From NCBI GenBank assembly GCA_021413775.1, contig JAIOPS010000021.1, positions 5,014 to 69,013 of the forward strand: 64,000 bases of DNA, in the 5' to 3' direction. The notes below the pieces were generated by a model, which was not told the DNA's origin, searched no databases, and saw nothing but the letters and a program-made list of their open reading frames with translations. Source of the DNA: Candidatus Kaiserbacteria bacterium. GTDB lineage: Bacteria > Patescibacteriota > Minisyncoccia > Phycocordibacterales > UBA2100. A program made the position numbers and the translations under genes. Below, in pieces: positions 10,579-21,065 of this stretch. Every line of letters begins with the position of its first letter. The first letter of the stretch is position 1.

Positions 10579-11253
10579 ATGCAGAATTACGAAGTCGAAA
10601 TAAAAGCGCTCCTGGGCACACCTGAAAAGGCCGATGCCATCAGGAGTGCGCTTAAGAAAATCGACCCGTCCTGCGAAATACTGTCGCGCAACAAACAACT
10701 CAACCATTACTTCACCGGCGGTTCGCTTGAGAACCTCGTAGAAGTCGTACGTACGCACCTCACGCCGGAGGCCGCGTCGCGGCTCGACTCGATGGCTGCA
10801 AACGCGAAAGAGTATTCCGTGCGCACACGCGACAAAGACGGACAGGTGCTCCTCGTCGTCAAAGTTTCCGTGGGTTCTGACACAAGCTCAAACGGTGTCG
10901 CGCGTATGGAGTTCGAAGAATGGGTCCAGCTCACGCTTGAGGAGCTGGATGCTCTCGTACTGACTGCGGGATTTACGTATCAGGCGAAATGGTCCCGGGA
11001 GAGAGAAGAGTACGTGTGCAACGGCACAAACATTACGCTCGACAAAAACGCCGGATACGGCTGGCTGGCGGAATTTGAACGCGTTGTCGACGATGAAAGC
11101 AAGGTCGCGGGCGCACGGGCGGATATCGAATCGCTGATGCAGACGGTCGGCGCGAAGGAGCTGCCGCAGGACAGGCTTGAGCGCATGTTCACCTTCTACA
11201 ACGCCCACTGGCCCGAGTACTATGGGACCGAAAAAATATTCATAGTAGAATGA
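10579..11253 (+). CDS. CYTH (triphosphate tunnel metalloenzyme) domain protein
   Basis: N-terminal EVEIK (ExExK), QLNHYF, VRTR, RMEFE, REREEY, ITLD, AEFE. Confidence 0.8.
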   Translation: MQNYEVEIKALLGTPEKADAIRSALKKIDPSCEILSRNKQLNHYFTGGSLENLVEVVRTHLTPEAASRLDSMAANAKEYSVRTRDKDGQVLLVVKVSVGSDTSSNGVARMEFEEWVQLTLEELDALVLTAGFTYQAKWSREREEYVCNGTNITLDKNAGYGWLAEFERVVDDESKVAGARADIESLMQTVGAKELPQDRLERMFTFYNAHWPEYYGTEKIFIVE

Positions 11254-11259
11254 CCCTCT

Positions 11260-11829
11260 ATGTTTTTATCCGACATCGACATTAAGAAAGCGGTTGAAGA
11301 GGGCCATATCGTGCTCGAGCCTTTCGACGAGACCCGGCTCCAGCCCGTTTCGTACGACATCCTTCTCGGAAATAAATTTATCGAGAATGACGCGAGCGCG
11401 ACACACTTCGTGGATCCGTCGCGAAAAATCTTCGCAAAAACGCACGAGACCGTCGTCAAAGACGGCGAAGAGTTCGTCCTCCACCCCGGAGTTTCTGTCC
11501 TCGGCCTCTCCAAGGAGTTTTTCGGTTCGGACCACTACCTCATACAGGTCGGCGGCAAGTCCTCCCTCGCGCGCTGCGGACTCATGATTCACAACACGGC
11601 GGGCATCATCAATCCGGGACATTTCCTGCATATCACTTTTGAAATAACGAATCAGAACAACATCCCGATAATTCTCCGTCCGGGCATGGAAATCGCACAG
11701 ATAACGTTCTCGATGATATCGAGCCCCCCGAAACAGAACTACAAGAAAACCGGGCGCTTTGCGAAGGACAACTGGAAACACTTCGTGAGTGCGAAAGCAA
11801 AAAAAGCCAAGAAGCCCGCTAAGAAATAA
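11260..11829 (+). CDS. dcd: dCTP deaminase
   Basis: LSDIDI, QPVSYDILLG, GKSSLARCG, TAGIINPG, PGMEIAQ. Confidence 0.9.
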   Translation: MFLSDIDIKKAVEEGHIVLEPFDETRLQPVSYDILLGNKFIENDASATHFVDPSRKIFAKTHETVVKDGEEFVLHPGVSVLGLSKEFFGSDHYLIQVGGKSSLARCGLMIHNTAGIINPGHFLHITFEITNQNNIPIILRPGMEIAQITFSMISSPPKQNYKKTGRFAKDNWKHFVSAKAKKAKKPAKK

Positions 11830-11833
11830 ACGT

Positions 11834-12796
11834 ATGAATTCCCGTCACCCCGAAATGCAGTACATGGACCTGATGCGGGAAACGCTCGCGGGCGAAGAGC
11901 AGGTGGATAAGGGTACGGGAGTGAAAACGTACAGCGTATTCGGGCGACAGATCCGCTTCGACCTGTCGCAGGGCTTGCCGGTTCTCACCACAAAAAAAGT
12001 GTACTGGAACGGAGTCCTGCACGAGCTGTACTGGTTCCTCTCCGGTCAGTCGAACATCAAATACCTCGTCGACCACAATGTGCACATTTGGGACGACTAC
12101 CCGTATAAGATTTACAGCGAAAAGGCGGAGAAAGAGAAATGGCCGCCGATGACGAAAGATGAGTTCATCGGAAAGATTAAAGACGACGACGCATTCGCCG
12201 CAGCTCACGGTGAACTCCCTCACATCTACGGAGAGTCGTGGCGACGCTGGCCCGCCGAAGACGGCCGGACCGTGGACCAGCTCGGCTGGGCGATTGAAGA
12301 ACTCCGGAAAGACCCCGATGCGCATAACACGCTCGTGTCATCCTGGAATCCGCCATACCTCTATTCAATGGCAAAAAAGGGACAGGGTGCGCGCTTCCCC
12401 ATCTGCCACAATATGTACCAAATAAATATCAAGCACGGCAAAGTGTGTTTGCAGCTCTACCAGCGCTCAGCGGATGTCTTTCTCGGGGTTCCCTTCAATA
12501 TCGCGAGCTACGCGCTTCTCACCGCAATTATTGCGAAAATTCTCGGGCGCGAGCCGGGCGAGTTCATCCATACATTCGGCGACCTGCACATCTACGAGAA
12601 CCACCGTGCGCAGGCCGAAGAGCAGCTCGCCCGCGAACCGCTTCCGTTCCCCACCGTTTCGTTCAACCGCGATTTTGACTCACTCGACTCGTTCAAACCC
12701 GAATACGTCGAACTGAACGGATACACGGCCCATCCTCCCATCAAAGCGGAGCTCACCGTCGCCGGGGGCTACAACAAAGACTTACACGGCGTATGA
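11834..12796 (+). CDS. thyA: thymidylate synthase
   Basis: LTTKKV, ELYWFLSG, PICH catalytic Cys, YQRSADVFLGVPFNIASY, GDLHIYENH. Confidence 0.96.
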   Translation: MNSRHPEMQYMDLMRETLAGEEQVDKGTGVKTYSVFGRQIRFDLSQGLPVLTTKKVYWNGVLHELYWFLSGQSNIKYLVDHNVHIWDDYPYKIYSEKAEKEKWPPMTKDEFIGKIKDDDAFAAAHGELPHIYGESWRRWPAEDGRTVDQLGWAIEELRKDPDAHNTLVSSWNPPYLYSMAKKGQGARFPICHNMYQINIKHGKVCLQLYQRSADVFLGVPFNIASYALLTAIIAKILGREPGEFIHTFGDLHIYENHRAQAEEQLAREPLPFPTVSFNRDFDSLDSFKPEYVELNGYTAHPPIKAELTVAGGYNKDLHGV

Positions 12797-12838
12797 TATA
12801 ACCTCACTATCAATGCATTATCAAAATCATTTTTTATT

Positions 12839-14107
12839 ATGGAACTCTACCCTCACATAAAGAAGCAGGACAAGAAAGTGTACGACGCGATACAGGGCGA
12901 GGAAAAGCGCCAGGCGGAGGGACTTGAACTCATACCCTCTGAAAACTACGTCTCGCGTGCGGTCCGTGAGGCAAACGCCTCCTCGCTCACAAACAAGTAC
13001 TCCGAAGGATACCCAGGCAAGCGTTATTACGGCGGGCAGGAATATACGGACGAAGTGGAGGTGTTCGCCATCGAGCGCGCGAAAAAGCTTTTCGGTGCGA
13101 AGTACGCCAACGTCCAACCGCACGCAGGCGCCCCCGCGAATGTCGGCATGTACTTCGCGCTGCTCGAGCCGGGAGACACCGTTCTGGGCATGGACCTCTC
13201 GCACGGCGGTCACCTCACCCATGGACACCCCGTGACCTACCTCACAAAAATCTTCAATTTCGTCCGCTATAAGATGAAGAATATTGAAACCGGCGAAATT
13301 GATTACGACGAGATGCTGAAAGTCGCGAAGAAATCAAAGCCGAAAATCGTCCTCGCCGGCTACTCTGCGTATCCCCGTGAACTCGACTATGCGAAGTTCG
13401 TTTCGATTGCCCGGGAAGTCGGCGCGTACGCCGTAATGGACATCGCGCACATCGCAGGTCTCATCGCCGGCAAAGCGGTGAAGAATCCGTTCGATTACGG
13501 CTTCGACATCATGACGACAACGACCCACAAAACTCTCCGCGGACCTCGCGGCGGCATGATACTCACGCGCGAAGACGCCGATTTCGCGAAGAAAATAGAC
13601 AAATCAATCTTCCCCGGTCTTCAGGGAGGACCCTTGATGCACAACATCGCCGCAAAGGCAGTATGTTTCGGCGAAGCGTTGAATCCGAAGTTCCGTACCT
13701 ACGCGAAACAGATTCTCAAAAATGCCAAGGCCATGGAGAAGGTCTTCAAGGCCGCCGATATCCGCATGATTACGGGCGGCACATCGAACCATCTCATTCT
13801 TGCGGATGTGTACGGCTCACTCGGTATCTCCGGCAAAGAAGCCGAGACCCTGCTCGACGAGGTCGGAATAACGCTCAATAAGAATTCCATCGCCGACGAT
13901 GTGCGCGGACCGATGGACCCGTCGGGCATCCGTTTCGGCACGCCCGCCATCACGACACGCGGCTTCAAAGAAAAGGAGTCGGTCCGCGTCGCAGAACTCA
14001 TGATTGAGACACTCAAGAACAAAAGTGATAAGAAGAAGCACCGGGCGGCGCGTGAAGAAATCCGTAAGATGTGCAAGAAGTTCCCGATTCCTGAATCGTT
14101 CGTCTAG
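12839..14107 (+). CDS. glyA: serine hydroxymethyltransferase
   Basis: LIPSENY, NKYSEGYPGKRYYGG, HGGHLTHG, TTTTHKTLRGPRGG. Confidence 0.97.
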   Translation: MELYPHIKKQDKKVYDAIQGEEKRQAEGLELIPSENYVSRAVREANASSLTNKYSEGYPGKRYYGGQEYTDEVEVFAIERAKKLFGAKYANVQPHAGAPANVGMYFALLEPGDTVLGMDLSHGGHLTHGHPVTYLTKIFNFVRYKMKNIETGEIDYDEMLKVAKKSKPKIVLAGYSAYPRELDYAKFVSIAREVGAYAVMDIAHIAGLIAGKAVKNPFDYGFDIMTTTTHKTLRGPRGGMILTREDADFAKKIDKSIFPGLQGGPLMHNIAAKAVCFGEALNPKFRTYAKQILKNAKAMEKVFKAADIRMITGGTSNHLILADVYGSLGISGKEAETLLDEVGITLNKNSIADDVRGPMDPSGIRFGTPAITTRGFKEKESVRVAELMIETLKNKSDKKKHRAAREEIRKMCKKFPIPESFV

Positions 14108-14136
14108 CTCCGCCGGAACCACGGTATACTTCTGCG

Positions 14137-14730
14137 ATGCAATCCGAGCTCATTCCTCTTATTAAGTTCATCGGGTACCCGGGCATCTTTGCGGTCGTCT
14201 TTCTCGAATCCGGTGTTTTCTTCGGATTCTTTCTGCCCGGAGCGTCCATGCTATTTACCGCCGGACTCCTCTCCTCTCACGGCTACTTCAGCCCGTGGGT
14301 GCTTATCCCGCTCGTTACTGTTGCGGCAATTCTCGGCGACAATACAGGGTACTGGTTCGGGAAGAAGGTGGGCGTAAAACTTTTTTTACGTCCGAACTCG
14401 CGGTGGTTTCGCCACGAACACCTCGAACAGGCCAAGCGCTTCTATGAAAAACACGGTGTGCGCACCATCGTCTTTGCGCGGTTCATTCCTTTCGTTCGCA
14501 CATTTGTGCCGATTATCGCCGGAATCGTGCGCATGGATTACCGCACGTTTGTTACGTTCAACATCGTCGGCGCGCTCACCTGGGGCGCCGGCGTGACATT
14601 CCTCGGATACTATCTCGGCGAAAAGGTCCCGTTGGTTCAGGAATATCTCACTCCGATAATCCTGGCAATCATCGTTGTGACACTCATCCCGCTTGCCTGG
14701 GACCTGCTGCGCAAGCACAGCCTGGACTAG
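14137..14730 (+). CDS. DedA family membrane protein
   Basis: FLESG...LPGASMLF, LGDNTGYWFG, ARFIPFVRTFVPIIAG. Confidence 0.92.
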   Translation: MQSELIPLIKFIGYPGIFAVVFLESGVFFGFFLPGASMLFTAGLLSSHGYFSPWVLIPLVTVAAILGDNTGYWFGKKVGVKLFLRPNSRWFRHEHLEQAKRFYEKHGVRTIVFARFIPFVRTFVPIIAGIVRMDYRTFVTFNIVGALTWGAGVTFLGYYLGEKVPLVQEYLTPIILAIIVVTLIPLAWDLLRKHSLD

Positions 14731-15545
14731 GCGCGGAGCTGTTTGAGCCGCGCGAGGCCACCGTAGAGTCCGCCGATATCGCCGAGTTTTGAGTGAACGA
14801 TTTGGGGGATTTCCGGCGATGCTGTCCAAATCCGCGCGAGATGCGCTTGTATGCGGTCCACCGGGATACCTATATCATTCATCATCGAACCACCGAGAAT
14901 AACCATGCCGGGAGTCCAATGCACAATGGTGTTCAAAATACCGAATGCCGCAATCCGAGCGAGCGTTTCCCAACCATCCCACTCTTTTCCGAGTTCTCGC
15001 GGCGGTTTTCCGTACTGTTCCGATATTGATTTACCAGATATCATCTGCTCCCAGGTTCTGAGCGGCTCATCCATGCTTACATACTGTCTCCCGGTCGAAA
15101 TGCCTCTCGAAGGCTGCAGTTGACCGTCGATAACGTGTGCGCCGTTCACACCCGTTGAAATTGTGATGTAGACGATGTCTTTCGATGATTGCCCGGCCCC
15201 GTAGAGAGCCTCGCCGAGCGCGATAAGTGCGACATCGTTCTCGAGATGCGCACGTGCGCCGAGACGCTGTTCAATGTCCTCAGCGAAACGCGCTCCACTC
15301 CACTCCGACAGATTGGTCGCGTTCACAATAGTTCGCTTATCAGGCGACAAGAGTACGGGCACTCCTGCGACGAAGCCCTCTATAGGGTCGGCGCCCGCGA
15401 GATGCTTGGCGGTGTCCGATATCAGCTGCAGGGCGTCCTCATACCGCTGCGGAGTGTCCAGAATGACCGGCTCAGTGAATGATTCAGCGTCACGGGCCGC
15501 GGCTATACGTGTTTTCGTTCCCCCGATATCGGCGACAATATACAT
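14727..15545 (-). CDS. ROK family sugar kinase (glucokinase-like)
   Basis: DIGGTK, LENDVALIALGE, YITISTGVNG, ILGGS. Confidence 0.9.
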   Translation of the reverse strand: MYIVADIGGTKTRIAAARDAESFTEPVILDTPQRYEDALQLISDTAKHLAGADPIEGFVAGVPVLLSPDKRTIVNATNLSEWSGARFAEDIEQRLGARAHLENDVALIALGEALYGAGQSSKDIVYITISTGVNGAHVIDGQLQPSRGISTGRQYVSMDEPLRTWEQMISGKSISEQYGKPPRELGKEWDGWETLARIAAFGILNTIVHWTPGMVILGGSMMNDIGIPVDRIQAHLARIWTASPEIPQIVHSKLGDIGGLYGGLARLKQLRA

Positions 15546-15546
15546 A

Positions 15547-16518
15547 TCAGAGGAGAATTCTTTTTTTAAATTCGGCTATGAGCGGCGTTTCCGGATTCGG
15601 TACACCGTACGTCTGTGCGAGTTGGAGCGAGGTCCAGGATGCGAGAACGAGTGACGAGAAGGCCTTTGTAAACCCGTCGCCTGCGAGCGGTATCCGCTCG
15701 ACGCGTGTGCCGTGCTCTTCTAGAACTTCCCCCGCAACCTGCATGCGTTTCTGTATGCGAACATGGTCGTTCACATCCTGCAGAAAAAGCGCGTGGATGT
15801 TCGTCGAGAGCGGCCGGGTCGAATCGACGACATCATATCCGGAAAGTTCGTTGTGGTTCATTTCAGGAAACACATTGCAAAATGCCGGTATCTTTGATGT
15901 TTCGTTGAAATTTATCTTCCAGAAATACGCGAGGGGGGTGTTGGCGGTTGACGCATAGATGACGGGGATTTTTTGTGTGAGGAGCGAGCCGAGGCGCCGC
16001 CCTTCCGTCTCAAATGCTGCGGCGTCCACTCCTGAGCCGGCGGCGCGGATAGCCGCTTCAAGCTCCGTATTTCCCATAATGTGCGCCACGGCGAGCATGG
16101 AGAGGCCGACTGCCATACGGGGCTCGAGTCCCAGTTGCGGGAGCGTCACGCTCGGAAGCGCATGTTCACGGGCGAATTCAAGCAGCGCTCCTCCGGTAGT
16201 CACGACCGCAATGGGTAATCCGCGCGCGAGCGCCTCTTTTCCGGCGTCGAGTATTTCTTCCGTGCCACCGGAGTACGAACTGAGAATAACGAGCGCATCC
16301 GCATGGACCGTCGGAGGCAATACGGGTAATCCGTAGTCGCGGTGAATGTACATCGTCGGAACCGAACCGTATCGTTTCACTATCCAGGGACCGAGGTGCG
16401 AACCTCCCATTCCGCATACGATAGTGTTCGTGCGCGGCCGGAGTGATTCGCTGCGCTCGACGACCGGTTCCCAGGAGAACTGTTCTCCGAACCTGCGAAT
16501 CGTATCTTCGAGTGCCAT
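15547..16518 (-). CDS. bifunctional phosphoglucose/phosphomannose isomerase (SIS)
   Basis: CGMGGS, SSYSGGTEE, EPR, NETSKIPA, PEMNHNE; start at MALEDT supported by -10 TACAAT. Confidence 0.88.
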   Translation of the reverse strand: MALEDTIRRFGEQFSWEPVVERSESLRPRTNTIVCGMGGSHLGPWIVKRYGSVPTMYIHRDYGLPVLPPTVHADALVILSSYSGGTEEILDAGKEALARGLPIAVVTTGGALLEFAREHALPSVTLPQLGLEPRMAVGLSMLAVAHIMGNTELEAAIRAAGSGVDAAAFETEGRRLGSLLTQKIPVIYASTANTPLAYFWKINFNETSKIPAFCNVFPEMNHNELSGYDVVDSTRPLSTNIHALFLQDVNDHVRIQKRMQVAGEVLEEHGTRVERIPLAGDGFTKAFSSLVLASWTSLQLAQTYGVPNPETPLIAEFKKRILL

Positions 16519-16535
16519 GGGGCGGATTGTACCAT

Positions 16536-18509
16536 TCACTCTCCCCGGCTGTGAACCCCTATCTCGCGGACTTTCTCTATGTATTTGAGGACCGTCAAAA
16601 CGTATGCCGCATGTGACCATGTGAGAGGTGTCGCACCCACCTGGTTACCGGTGCGCGGATCAAGCTGCTCAGAGAGCACACCGGATTTCTGGGCATGCTT
16701 GAGCACCCAATTGAAAATATCGCGCACGCGGTCGAGGTCGTGCGCAGTGCGGGCATTGGCGATGAGGAATTCCGCATACCAAAGCGTCGTTACGACCCAC
16801 GGATTACCGGGTGCATCTTTTGAAATCCGGTAGTAGTCGTCCTCCTCGAAGCGGGCGAGGCCTCCCGAAGGAATCCCCGCGGAGAGCGTGCGGATACAGG
16901 TCTCGAATGCGCGCGCCAACTTCGGGTCATCATGTTTCATCACACCGAATGCAAAGACGCCGTATGCGCCCGATATGTCGATGGTCCGGTCGACCACGTC
17001 TCCGCTCTGCGAAGCCGATATCATATTTACAAACGTCGATTTCTCCGCATCCCACAAGTGCTCGAGAATTCCTGCACGCACCTCTTCCGCAGTCCGCCGG
17101 TACTTCTCCTCGTGCGTATCTTTACCGAGTATTTTCGAAAGTTCCGCTGCCGCAATGAGCGCTCCGTATACCGCAGCGCTGGTGAACGTCGAGGTACCCC
17201 GTTTGCGCTCCCACAAATCATACGACTTATCCGGCAGGCCGGTCACGGCGTCGCGGTATCGCACGAGAAAGTTCGCGGCTTTTTCAACGAGAGGATTGTA
17301 CATTTCCTCAAGAAATTCAAGGTCGTGGCTCTTCTCGTAGTGACGGTACAGGGCGTACAAAACCAACGCCGTCTCATCTTCCTGTATCGGGAGCTGAAAC
17401 TTGCCGTTCGCTATCCACGGATGCCACGACGAGCCCAGGCTGCGGTCGGGCAGATATTTATGCATGAAATACCCTTCCGGCGTAATCGTATCCCGACAAA
17501 ATTCGAAAAAACGCTTCGCGACATTTGTATCCCCCGCAGAATCGAGCGCGAGCGCCGTGTACGCCGCGTCGCGGGGCCATACGTACGAGTACGTATCGAG
17601 ACCGTACTGGAGCATGTCCGAATCGGATGATGCGAGAATGCCGCCGCCTTTATCAACCGCCGCTCTGATGTACATGAGGCTCTTCGCATAGAGCCCCGCC
17701 TGTTCCGGTGAAAGTCCCGTGAGCTCACATTTGTTCGCGTTGACCCATGCGTTCCAAAATGCGGTCGCTGTTTTTATGAGATGTTCGGGCGTTTTCTTTA
17801 CGATGTAGTCATTGAGCTCTTCTGCCTCCTGAATCGACTGCGCAGCCGCGAGCCAGTAGTATGCGGTTTTCGATTGCTGAGGTGCGTACGAACCATAGAG
17901 ACCGATGACAGAGTCCGCCGGGCCGTGCTCAATAGGATTTTTACTCAATACGCCGTCGTCCGCATCGCGGTGCGAGCCTTCTTTGCCCTGAAAATTACTC
18001 CTGCCCGTCGCGTAATCTTCAAAAGGCGTCCCGTCCAAGGTAGCTCCTATGAGAAACACCCGGCGTCCTTTGTAGTGGATGACGGAATGCGACAGAGGGT
18101 CGAAGTACGCAGTATCCGAACCGTGAGATTTATATATTTCAAACTGATGCCCGAAGTACAACTTGATGACCCTGTTCTTGCTTCCAAGATTTTTTACCGA
18201 AATGCGACGCAGGAATACCGGCTTTTCGTTGTACACGATATCTTTGAAGGTCAACTCTACTCCGAGGACATCGTGCTTTGCGGTAATGGCGCTCGACAAA
18301 GCGGCATCTTCGCACGCGACCTCAATTTTCCACCTGGAATCCTCTGTAAACCAACTCATCTGCCCGTCTACCCAGACGCCGATGCGGTGGATGTAATTTC
18401 CGCGCACGTGGTCTTCCAGACCGACGTACGGATAGTAGATATCGCGGACCAGCCCGAGCGCATCAAGCGCTACGCATAACTCCCCGTTGGAAAGAACAAT
18501 CGAGCGCAT
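16536..18509 (-). CDS. glycoside hydrolase family 15 (glucoamylase-like)
   Basis: YSYVWPRDAA, QEDET, YDLWE, GVLSEQ, PLTWSHA. Confidence 0.92.
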   Translation of the reverse strand: MRSIVLSNGELCVALDALGLVRDIYYPYVGLEDHVRGNYIHRIGVWVDGQMSWFTEDSRWKIEVACEDAALSSAITAKHDVLGVELTFKDIVYNEKPVFLRRISVKNLGSKNRVIKLYFGHQFEIYKSHGSDTAYFDPLSHSVIHYKGRRVFLIGATLDGTPFEDYATGRSNFQGKEGSHRDADDGVLSKNPIEHGPADSVIGLYGSYAPQQSKTAYYWLAAAQSIQEAEELNDYIVKKTPEHLIKTATAFWNAWVNANKCELTGLSPEQAGLYAKSLMYIRAAVDKGGGILASSDSDMLQYGLDTYSYVWPRDAAYTALALDSAGDTNVAKRFFEFCRDTITPEGYFMHKYLPDRSLGSSWHPWIANGKFQLPIQEDETALVLYALYRHYEKSHDLEFLEEMYNPLVEKAANFLVRYRDAVTGLPDKSYDLWERKRGTSTFTSAAVYGALIAAAELSKILGKDTHEEKYRRTAEEVRAGILEHLWDAEKSTFVNMISASQSGDVVDRTIDISGAYGVFAFGVMKHDDPKLARAFETCIRTLSAGIPSGGLARFEEDDYYRISKDAPGNPWVVTTLWYAEFLIANARTAHDLDRVRDIFNWVLKHAQKSGVLSEQLDPRTGNQVGATPLTWSHAAYVLTVLKYIEKVREIGVHSRGE

Positions 18510-18510
18510 A

Positions 18511-19707
18511 TCAGCCCGACCGTTTTGAAAGTCGTAATCGGAGGTCCGAAAGCGCATTCATGTAGGTCATGTACGCGTCATAGGGTGATTCGTACGGCGA
18601 GAAATACGCGTGTACATCACCGTCTCCGAACCACTTCGTACACATGTAGTAAAAATGGTCCGAGGTCTGGAGCTTGCGCCAATCCTCAATGAGACGTCCG
18701 TCATTGGCAAGAATGACATCCTGCTCAAGAGCGTAAATCGCTTCAATCGCCGCCTTCTGCATGGGATTCCCCACCCAGGCGGTTAAATCTCTGTCGGTAT
18801 CAGCCCACGTGACGGTGTGCGGCATGTCGACTTCATCGCGGACATCGTATGACGCAATGACTTCAGAAGGCGTTTTGAAATCGATGCCGTTATTTTTACC
18901 GAGCTCCTGCGGCAGTTGTTCCAGAAACGCAAATATCCCCGTATCTTCCCACTGATGTTCGCCGAACGTTTCGTAATCCATGAAAAGGTTCACAGTGTCA
19001 CCTTCCGCCGCGCCGAGCCAGGCGCCGTACTTTTCCGCAGTGAGGGGCCACTCCGACCAGTCGCGCGACGAGAACCGGAACGCGAGGTCATCGGACAGGC
19101 GGTAATTTTTCAGAAGGAGTCGCGTATTTTGCGAACCGACCGGTTTGTAGACGTAGTTCGGCGACCGCCATCCGAGTATCGGGTCCCATCCCTCGGCGAG
19201 GATGCCCGCGTATCCGTTGGCGTCCGCCCAGCCGGCGAGGTCATTGCGGTATGAGAGTTCGGTGTTGCGGAAGACCCTGGGCCTCACACCGAAAAGCCGT
19301 CTGATGATTTCACGATGCTTTGTTACCTGCTGTTCGAATTCGGTCGGCGAATAGAAAAAAGCGAGCGAGTGGTAGTATGTCTCCCCCAAAACCTCCACAC
19401 GCCCGGTATCAATGACTTTTTTGAAGAGTTCTATCGCCTCCGGAGCGTAGCGCTCAAGCTGTTCAAGTGCTACTCCCGAGAACGAGAACGATACTTTGAG
19501 TTCCGGATGTTTTTGGAGCAGCTGGAGCAGCAGGCGCGTCGCCGGGATGTACGATTTCGAGGCGACCTTTTCCAGTACTTTGCGGTTATTGAGGTCGCTT
19601 TCCGAACGGTCGTTGAAATATTCCGGGTCAGTACCAATGTCGAAGACCCGGTACTTTTTTACCCGGTAAGGTTGGTGGACTTGGAAATAGAAGCACACAC
19701 TTTTCAT
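18511..19707 (-). CDS. glycoside hydrolase family 57 (alpha-amylase-like)
   Basis: YFQVHQP, ETYYHSL, FRNTEL, FMDYETFGEHQW, LQTSDHFYYM. Confidence 0.93.
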   Translation of the reverse strand: MKSVCFYFQVHQPYRVKKYRVFDIGTDPEYFNDRSESDLNNRKVLEKVASKSYIPATRLLLQLLQKHPELKVSFSFSGVALEQLERYAPEAIELFKKVIDTGRVEVLGETYYHSLAFFYSPTEFEQQVTKHREIIRRLFGVRPRVFRNTELSYRNDLAGWADANGYAGILAEGWDPILGWRSPNYVYKPVGSQNTRLLLKNYRLSDDLAFRFSSRDWSEWPLTAEKYGAWLGAAEGDTVNLFMDYETFGEHQWEDTGIFAFLEQLPQELGKNNGIDFKTPSEVIASYDVRDEVDMPHTVTWADTDRDLTAWVGNPMQKAAIEAIYALEQDVILANDGRLIEDWRKLQTSDHFYYMCTKWFGDGDVHAYFSPYESPYDAYMTYMNALSDLRLRLSKRSG

Positions 19708-19795
19708 AGTGTTTGGTATCCATTGTACACCCCGTAATGTAAAAAAATTTCCCTTCGTTGTGTGCATTTCCTGAAGTCCTGTCTCCCGAGGAAAC

Positions 19796-21001
19796 TCACA
19801 CGAGTTCGTGCAGAATAGTATCGACTTTATATGCAGCGTCCGCCCAGGTGAGCTTATCCGCCTCTTCGCGCGCATGCATGCTCATCGTCTCGCTGAGAGC
19901 GGGCATGCCGACAACCGACAGTATTTTGTCGGCCATATCGTCTATGTCCCAAAAATCGACTTTGAGTGCATGGCGCACGACTTCCGCGACTCCGGATTGT
20001 TTCGAAATGATGACCGGCGTCCCGAGACGCATACTTTCGAGCGGCGTGATACCGAAAGGCTCCGAGACCGACGGCATAACGAACAAATCCGCAGTTACGT
20101 ACATATCGTGCCTGTCCGCTCCTGTGAGGAAGCCCGTGAACGTGACGTTGTTCGAAATGCCGAGTTCGGCCGCCAGGTCAAACATCTGCGCATCCATATC
20201 TCCCGAACCCGACACCACAAACATAACCTTTGGATTCTGTTGTAAAACCCGCTGTGCGGCACGCAGAAAATGGTCCGGACCTTTCTGAAGCGTTATCCGT
20301 CCGAGAAACAGTACGATTTTATAACCGGACTCTTTCAGTGAGCGCATCCTCTTGCTCGGCAGACCGCTCGGAGCTGTACTCTCATCGATTCCGTTGTAGA
20401 CCACGCGCACTTTCGAGGCGGGTATGCCGTACTTTTCAACGATGATATTTTTGGTAAGTTCAGAAACCGCAATAACGACATCCGCCGCTTCCATTCCCGC
20501 ACGCTCGATAGTGTATACGTGACTGTTCACGCCATCCGCCCCACCGCTCCGGTCGAATTCCGTCGCATGCACGTGCACGATGAGCGGCTTCCCGGTCGCC
20601 TTTTTTGCTTCGATGCCCGCACCGAAGGCGAGCCAGTCGTGCGCGTAAATAACGTCGAAGGACTCCTCACGCGCGATGCTTGATGCGATTGCCCGGTATC
20701 GTTCGACTTCCTGGAACAGGTCACTGCCGTAAAATCCGCCCGATTCCCTCTCCCGCAGATAGCTCTTCGTCGTCAGGTACGGCGAAAGCATGGAATCAAT
20801 TGCGCGGACGGTAACATTTTGGTCCTCTGCGAATATCATCCGCGCATAGGGAGAGGACAGCTCGAACTTCTTTGGCATGACAAAAAGCACTTCAAACCCC
20901 CTTTCTGCGAGCGAGCGCGTAAGGCCCTGGCATGCGACGCCCAAACCTCCTGAGTTGAAGGGAGGAAATTCCCATCCGAACATCAGAATGCGGGTTTTCA
21001 T
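19796..21001 (-). CDS. glycosyltransferase family 4 (glycogen-synthase-like)
   Basis: GWEFPP..SGGLG, HDWL, HVHATEFDR, GRITLQKG, PSVSEPFGITPLE. Confidence 0.92.
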   Translation of the reverse strand: MKTRILMFGWEFPPFNSGGLGVACQGLTRSLAERGFEVLFVMPKKFELSSPYARMIFAEDQNVTVRAIDSMLSPYLTTKSYLRERESGGFYGSDLFQEVERYRAIASSIAREESFDVIYAHDWLAFGAGIEAKKATGKPLIVHVHATEFDRSGGADGVNSHVYTIERAGMEAADVVIAVSELTKNIIVEKYGIPASKVRVVYNGIDESTAPSGLPSKRMRSLKESGYKIVLFLGRITLQKGPDHFLRAAQRVLQQNPKVMFVVSGSGDMDAQMFDLAAELGISNNVTFTGFLTGADRHDMYVTADLFVMPSVSEPFGITPLESMRLGTPVIISKQSGVAEVVRHALKVDFWDIDDMADKILSVVGMPALSETMSMHAREEADKLTWADAAYKVDTILHELV

Positions 21002-21065
21002 GTCCCAATTCTACCAGCAAACAGAGCGCTATCCTGCAACTCGCCCGACATGGTAGGCTGTGCGC

